Assembly (NCBI GenBank): GCA_964409385.1
Contig: CAYPCY010000001.1
Location: 106,546 to 170,545 of the forward strand
DNA length: 64,000 nucleotides
Reading direction: 5' to 3'
Source of the DNA: an uncultured Methanosarcinales archaeon
Lineage (GTDB): Archaea; Nanobdellota; Nanobdellia; Woesearchaeales; CAYPCY01
Shown piece by piece: positions 17,001 to 26,000 of the stretch. The number at the start of each line of letters is the position of its first letter. Position 1 is the first letter of the stretch. A model generated the notes under the pieces. The model was not told the origin of the DNA, did no database searches, and was given only the letters and a program-made list of their open reading frames with translations. A program made the position numbers and the translations under genes.

Positions 17001-20000
17001 GAAATATTAGTTGTGAAGTTTAATTCAGTATTTCCTAAATTGTTAATTATTAAATCTGTTATTGTTCCTGTTTCATTTGCTTGTCTGGAAACATTTAATT
17101 CATTAGTTGATAAATTCCATGAATTGTCTGTTAGCACATTTGCTGATGAACTTTCTGTCTTGTCATTAACATTATTTGCTCCTGTGAAGTTTATGTTGTA
17201 GGAGTAACTTCCTGGAGTTTGCCCTAGTGTTGTATTAAATCTTACGAATATTGTTTGGGTTTGTCCTTTTGTTATTTCTGTTAATGATGTTGTGAAGTCT
17301 AGACTGTTTGAGTAGACAGTATTATTTTTTGATAGTTCTATTGTTGTATTTTCTGGTGGTGAATCTACAGTTATTAATAATTGAGTATTATCATTTCCTA
17401 ATGCTGTTATTGTAAAGTTTGTAATGTTTAATTGTCCGTGAGTTACATTATATACTGTTGAGAAGTTGTTTATTGTGTAGTAATGGTTTTCTTCAATTAG
17501 TAGTGTTCCTGTGGTTGATGATTCCGAACCATTAGTTCCGTCAGTATTCGTAAAGTTTGCAATGAATCTTACTCCGTTAGTGTATAGTCCAACACTCTTT
17601 TTTGGAATTTCTATTGTTAAGTTTGTTTGTTTTGTTGCTCCTACACTAATATTCCCTAGGAAATTTCCTGTCACATTCCAGTCTTCAATAGTTCCTGTTA
17701 GATTAACATTATAAGCTGTTGCATATCCTGAATTTGTAATATTTACTGGGAATGTTATGTTCTCTCCCCATAAGTTAGTTACATTGTTTGCATTAACTTG
17801 TGATGATGCAAAGCTTAATGTTGTGTTTCCATGAACCATGAAGTATTCTGTGGTATTACCATTCTTTCCTGAAGTATCGTATACTTGGAAGTATACACTA
17901 TGATTTCCTGTCTTGTTTGTTTCATAGGTTAGATTGAATAATTCTGCATCTTCATATCCTGATGATTCCGGCCAGTTTACAAATTGTCCATAATAATTTG
18001 TTCCGTTAATTGTCCAGTTTCTTTCTGTTTCATTAACATTCACATCATCTTGGACTATTGCTTCAAAAGTTATATTCTTGCCTAGTTCAACATTACTTGT
18101 TTCTACCCCATTAACTAGTTTTTTGAAGCTAGTAATTACTGGTTCAGTATCTGTAACGTTGAAGAACATGAATGCAATATTTGAGGATGGAGATGCTGTA
18201 TTGTTTGAAATGTTTATTTGAACTCCTGATTCGTAATTCGATATATATCCATTAGGGTCTAAAACCCATACTTTTAGATTATAAGTTGAATTTTTATCTA
18301 CATAAACACTTGTTGGATTATATAATTCTAAAGATTCAGTATGATTTTCAGTAATACAATTAATAGAACTACATGAGTCCAAACCAGGAATATTATCATA
18401 TGAAATTGTGAAATTTAAAGGAATATTACCAATATTTTTTATTGTTAGATTTGCTAAGTTTCCTTCTTGATTTAGATTGAATACTTTTGATTGATTATAT
18501 GCTGGTGTGAAATACCATGTGGAGTTTGTAGGTACTTCTATTGATATATTTACTATTTGTGAATCTACATTATCAGTACTTACATTAATAATGCTCGAAT
18601 AATTTCCTGGACTTAAGAATTCTGGCAATGTAATATTTATTGGTATTACTTGCTTATTATTTTCTGTCAGGTTAAATATTGAATTGTTAAAACTTACCCA
18701 TGATTCGTTCAGTGTTTGTTCAATAAATGTTGTGTTCACATTTACTAATTTTGCATTTCCAACACTACTAATATTCATTAAATACTCAATGCTTGAGTTT
18801 CTTGATTGGACTGCTGAAATATTATGTGTTGTCATTAATGGATTAATTATTATTGTTATGTTTATGCTATCATTAAGTCCTTCAGTTGTTGTTATGTTAA
18901 TAAAGCCAGTATAAGTTCCATTAGTGAAATTTGTTACTGTAACATTAACTTCTAAGTCTGCGGCAAATCCGTCTTGTAATGGGTCCCATTCATTAAGGGT
19001 GGGATTCCAAGATGTAAAAGAACTGTTGAACTTAAACCAGGAACTATTAATTTCAGTAACATTTAGTTTTACATGATTTAAATCTTTATTTCCTGTACTG
19101 TTTACAATATAATTGAATATTTTGCTTGAACTAATATTAGTATTATGTAATAATGTGTGATTGTCTAGTTCCATTACTGGATTTCCAGTTATTGTTAGTG
19201 AAGAAGTTGTTATTATGTAAGCTTCAGTAGTGTCATTATTAGTCCAGTTAGCCCCCCATGTGAAAGTGTAGGAGAATACTTGAGCAGAATCACTTATTGT
19301 AATATTCATTCTAACAGTACAATTTTTATTAGGATATACGATTGAATCACAATTATCAAGTCTTTGTACAGAATCAATAATATTAGGAGTGTCTGAATCA
19401 TATATTAACGAATCATGCATTAATCCAAAACCAGTATTGTTTAATGTTGCATTAACTATGTAATTATAAGTACTTCCTGAAGAATAATCTGTTATTGTAA
19501 CGTCAGGAACAATTAATTCTGCTGTTGTTACAGCATCGTAAATTGTTAAGTTTACATTATTGCTTACTGTTGTATTTCTTGTATCATTTGCTGTGAAGTT
19601 TACTAGTCTTGTTCCGTAAAAGTTTGTGTCTGGTGTTATTGTTATTACTTTTGTAATATTATTTATGTTATAGCTTAAGTTAGTTGCGGGTGTTATAGTA
19701 TAATTAATATCATCCTCGTCCAAGTCTGAGAAATAATCTGATAGGGTGAGTGTTAAATCATTATTTTCAAACCAGGATTGGTTTGGTATTGTAGTATCTT
19801 GACTTGGTGGAGTGTTTAATACTGTAATATTCTGTTCTCTTATTACTGAAATGTTTTCTGTATCATTAGCGTATGTTCTTACTCTTATTGTATCATGAGC
19901 GTCTGTTATTTGAATAGTGTAATTGTTTCTTGAATAATCTGATCCAGTTCCTGTTATGTAAAGATTATCGATTGTGAATCCGTCTACTGTAGTATCTCCA

Positions 20001-23000
20001 GTAATTGCTGCATCATCATATTTGGTTATTGCCCAACCGTATGCTTTACCATCTCCGCCGCATTGATTATTTGCATTTTGTGAGATATTATATGTTTTGT
20101 AATACCAAACTCCATTATTTGAGGCTGATATATCTATATTTTCGACTAGTTTGTATTTATTATCACTGCATTTTACAAATACTCCGTCACAATCAGTAAT
20201 ATTGTTTATATTATCGTATGAAGCAGTGCATGAGTTTGATTCTTCTCCATGATCTTTTATATAAAAACTTAATTTAATATCATTATAGTCACTTATTGAA
20301 TTATTATTCCAGTAAAGAATATTATGATGATACTCATTAGGAGTACCAGCCATGTCCATTCTTAATTGGTAATTTCCTTTGAAAGGTTCTCCACAATATT
20401 TACCACCTGACTGACAACTTTCATTATCTACAATACCTACAACACCTGTATAATTAGATAAATTGCTAAATTGTGAATTCATCACTCCAGATTCAAATCC
20501 AGTACTGAATATTACATTCAACTCTTCAGAATCATTCAGATTATAAAACTTGAAAATGAAGTTGAAACTATCCCCATCTGCATCTGTAGTGTTTGCCGAA
20601 GCATTCAGTGTTTGTAATACGTAAATTGGTTCTGTCAGGTTTAATGTTGGCTGTTCTGGTGGTTTGTTCAGTATTGTTATTGTTTCATTCATCCAATCTC
20701 CCGAATAAGTATCGTTTGCCATGCATGAAAATGTCCAGTTTTGATACTTTTTGGCAATGTTTGCAGTTAGATTCTGAACATTAATTTCAACTGCTGTCGA
20801 GAATGAACTTCTACTTCCTGAACTGTAAGTTACTGATTCATTATACCATTTCCAATTATAAGTTATCAAATCACTATCTGGATCTGCACTCGTATTACAA
20901 TAACCTAATAAAATATCATCAGTATATGCTGTTGTTGGAGTTATTCTTACAGTTGTAACGTTTGGAATGTCTAACCATTTGAAACTTGTTGAGTTTTTCC
21001 AATAGCTCTCTACTGTAGTATTTGCATTACATGAGAAAGTCCAATTTTTGTGTATTGAAGAATCCGTAGTTACATTATTAATATTAACTTCTATTCCTTC
21101 AGTGTATGAACTTGTTGTTCCTGACTCGTTAAGAACACCATCCGCATACCATTTCCAAGAGTAGGATATGGGATTTCCTTCTGGTTCTGTTGCGTTACAG
21201 TATCCCTTAAGAATTTTTTGAGAATAAGTGGTTGGTATTATTTCTACTGTTCTAACTATTGGGAATGATGTGTTAAAGAAAGAACCCGCATCTCCTTCTT
21301 CCGCATTTCCAGATGCTACATATCCTCCAGCAGTATCAATAGTTCCTGTAAAACTATAATTATTTGAATAAGAAATCAGTATTCTTCCTCCTGCCCCTCC
21401 TCCTCCATCAAAACTTGTAGAACCACTAGCTCCTCCCTTAACACTAATAAGTCCAGCGCCCGTAATTAAACTAGTCTTAATACTTATTCCGCCACCACTT
21501 CCTCCGCCACCATAAGTTCCCAAAGAACTCCCACCACCGCTACAAGTAGTACTACTAAGATACGATGAACCTCCACCTATAGAAGTTATATTTCCTGTTA
21601 AATTTAGAGTATTTTTAACTTCTAATATTAATAAACCCCCTCCATCACCACCATCACCACTATTCTCGTCATTACAAGTTCCAAAACAAGATGATGCTCC
21701 TCCACTTCCTAAGAAAGTAACATTAGTTTCTGAACCGTAAGGTTCTCCCCTGTATGAGGTGGGACAACTCCATCTATTTCCTGAAAAATTTCCATATTCA
21801 CATCTTCCTCCAAACCCTCCAAAACCACCTCCTGACCCTCCTGAACACCTGCTGGGTAAACTATATTGTTCTCCTCCTCCATCATCAGATCCATTAAGCA
21901 CTCCTCTCCCATCATCCTCAATAGTACCTCCATAGTATCCTTTCCCATCAATATTTATTTCTCCTGAAGAAGTAATTGTAAGATTTTCTGCAGTAATATC
22001 TAACCAGTATGTCTTATTTCCATCTTTTGCTTCATTAATTGATAATCCATCATTTGAAGAATGAGTTAAACTTCCTGTTATTGTCAAGTCTTGTAGAACT
22101 TCTAATTTTCCATTATAAGTTATACTTCCATTCACTATTGCATCATTATTAACTATTAATGTTCCATTATTATTTACAGTTCCTGTAGATAGATTTAACG
22201 AATTAGTTGTTATAGTATTTCCTTCCTGAATATTTAATGTTCCACTACTTAATAATATACTATTAAGAGTAACATTGTCAGAGAGTGTTTCAGTAAGTCC
22301 ATCTTCAATTACCAGATTAGGCGACCTAAAACTCCCTTTAAGTCCATCACCCGCACTGCCCGGTCCTGTTCCTCCTGAAACATTTGTTTGCCCCGTAAAA
22401 CCCGAAATATTAACATCAAGATTAACTTTAATTCTTCCACCTCCACCACCACCACCATTATGACTACCTTCTATATCTTCACCCCCATCCCCTCCTACTG
22501 AAGTAATATTTCCTATACCTCCAAGAATACTGGTATTAATTGAAATTGTCCCTCCAGACCCACCTCCAGAACCATCAAACAGGTAGGAAGAAGTTCCTGT
22601 TAAACCTTCAGTTCCATCTGCTAAAATCTGTCCATTAATAGTTAAATTGTCAAGAATATTTAATATTACTAATCCTCCTCCAATTCCAGTATTATTTTCG
22701 CTTTGATTTCTTCCATCTCCAGAGCCACCTCCAGAACCTAAATCTGCAGGATTGGAAACACTTCCATAAGTAATCCCCTCATTATTTTCATCATAATATC
22801 CTTCTCCTCCTTGTCCACCATAACCACCACCACCACCACCTTCACCTATTGATTCTCCACCACCACCAAGACCATAACCAGTTCCATTATCTTCTGAATG
22901 ATCCCCTCCAGAATATCCCTTTCCAGAAACATTAATTAAACCTCCAGATTCAATTGTTAAGTTAGTAGCATTAATTTCTAGCCAATAATTTTTCACACTA

Positions 23001-26000
23001 TTAAAAGCATCTATTCTGTTCATATCTGAATTAGTTGAGTGAGTTAAACTACCACCAGACTGAACTATTAAATTATTAAATTCATAACTCCCATTCCATA
23101 TTTTTGCAGTAGTAATATAACAAGTAGTAAATTGATTTCCTGAATCACAACTGTTTTCATTAATAGTAATATTATTAGATTCGATAGAATAAACATCTTC
23201 AGAACCAATGCTTGCTGTGGAAACAACAGCCCACATTTCTGCTCTATCAGATTCTGAACTTGATAATTCTAAATTTTTATTTTGAAATAATAAGCTTATT
23301 TGCTCTGGTGATAATGCTCTTTTGTAGATCATTACTTCGTCTAATGTTCCGTTGAAGTAACTTCCTGTACTATTACTTCCTATTGTCATATTTTCTGAAG
23401 TTGGAATTAAATTTGATGAAGTTGTTGATCCTTGATATGTTCCATCTACATAAAGACTTAGGTTGGAATTTGTGAACGTTCCTGTTATTAAATGCCAGTT
23501 TTTATCGTTTAAATTTCCTGAATAAGTAACATTATCATATCCTAATCTTATTTCTCCTCCATTAATAGTGTTCAAATTCAAACTACTTACATCCTGAGAA
23601 GTTAGATTAATATTATCTATTGCTCGTCCATCACTAGAGCAAGGAAAATCGTCTTTTTGCGAAAATTTAATAGAGAAAGAAGAATTGGTTGTTCCTCCAC
23701 ATTGCTCAGTGATGTTATTTGTTAAATCAAAATCATAATTTGTATAAGTATTATCATTTGCAAGATCTGTTATTTTATACCAATAACTTCCATCACATGT
23801 AAAAAATACTCCGTCACAATTTGCAAACAATCCTGAATGACTAGAACAACTATCTTCTTCATCATCTCCAGAATCATCAATATGATAAAAATTAAAAGTT
23901 AAATTTGATATTCCTGCTAAAGAGAAGTTTGTTTTTACAGTATTATTAACTAGATTACTGTTTGATGTACTTCTTAATATTAGATGATTTGAACCTGCAT
24001 ATGGACTACCACAATCAGAATTAGAAGAAACATCAACATCACCATATGAATTGCTTGAACTTACAGTCCAATTTGATGAAATACTTCCTGATTCCCAGTC
24101 TTCAAAGAACTTTAGAGAATTAATTTCTTCTTTTCCAATCTTCATTATTACTCCTTCACTACTAGCGTTTATCCATGCTGATAAAGTAATGTCATTAGAT
24201 AAATTAGAAACATTCTCTAATTCAATATAATCATCAACTCCATCAAAAATATAAGCTCCTCCCTTGTAACCAGAAGAAGTCCAATTAGGACTATTTGATA
24301 AACTTCCACTTCCTAATGTTCCATTATTTCCATAGCTTGAATAATCCTTAACTATAGTTTCATAATCAGTATCGAAAGGATAATTAAGAACTGCTATTGA
24401 ATTACCATCAATTCTCCAGTCTGTAATGTTAGTGTACGCTAATCCTAAAGGATTATATGTTTCGTTAATATGAGATGTTAAATTATCAGTTGTAAAATTA
24501 TATGCTGATGTTGAATTCAGTAAGACAGTAAAATTTAATGCTTGTGTAACACTAATAATATTAGATAATGCGCTTGCTTCTTGGTCAGTATCTGTAGAAG
24601 TTACCATTACAGTCCAGTTCTCTTCAGTATTAATTTCTTCACCAATTATTTTTTCTAGAGAATGATTATTAAAACCTGCAAGGTATAACTCATTAATCTG
24701 ATCTGCAGACAATATTCTATCATAAACACTTATTTCATCTATACTTCCATTCCATTCAGATGATCCAATATTATCATCTGATCTTCCTATTTGAATATTA
24801 TTTTGAGGAACAGATAATCCACTTGATGTTGTTTTCGAACTCATATATTCTTTATTTCCATTTAGAAATAATGATCCAATTCCAGTATTATTTTTTAGTG
24901 TTAATGCAAAATGATACCACGTTCCTGCAGATAACGGTGTTGTTGAAAATGTAGTTATAGAACCTGTACCATCCTCTAATCTCATTGATGCCTTAATTTT
25001 TACTATTCCTGTATTATTCAATATTTGCAAATACCATCCTTTAAGTAGTGATGTGTTATATTGTTCTATGATAAAATTATCAGATGCTCCGACACTACCT
25101 TCATAATTCATCCAACCAACAATAGTTAATTCTGTTGTCAGATTTAAACTTTCATTATATGGTATTGTTAAGTAATCATCAATTCCATCAAAAGAATAAC
25201 ATCCTCCCACTTTACAATTATCAGTCCATACTGGTCCAGTCACTGTTCCATCATTATCATAAGTGGAATAATCCTTAATACTACTTGAAGAATTAGTGTC
25301 GAATGGCATGTTCAATACGGCTATTGAAGTTCCATTAATTCTCCAATCTGTAATATTAATTATTGACTTATCATTAGTATGTGAAGAATTTATTTTTACA
25401 GTAAGATTATCAACACTAGTATTATAACTACTTGAAGAATTCAAGAATACACTATTAACAACAGGAATATTTAATTTTACTTGTACAGTATTACTTAATA
25501 ATTGAGCTTCATTCTCTGTATCTGTAGCAGTTAGCATAACACTCCAATTCTCTTCAGCCCTAGTTTCATTATGAACTATCTTCTCTAAAGAATGATTATT
25601 AAAGCCAGCAAGATAAATCTCATTAATTTGATCAGTGGTTAATACTCTATTAAAAAATAAGAATTTGTCTATCAAACCTTCAAACTGATATCCTATTTTT
25701 ACATCTGCTATAGGATTTATAGTGGCATCATTACCATCACAATACTCAAAAGAAATAGTAGTTAGTTGACCATCAAAATATACGTTATTACCATCACATC
25801 CTACTGTAATATGTGGTAATTCAGTAGTTACTGCTATAAAATGCCAATCAGTATCATTATTTGTTGAATGTACTGAATACTGCCCACCAACTCCAGTACC
25901 ATCGTAAGAATCAATAACTATATTATCAGTTTCAATTTGTATACTATATCTGTCTGAACTTCCTGTATAGTGATACCATGCATATCCTACATTTGCTTCA

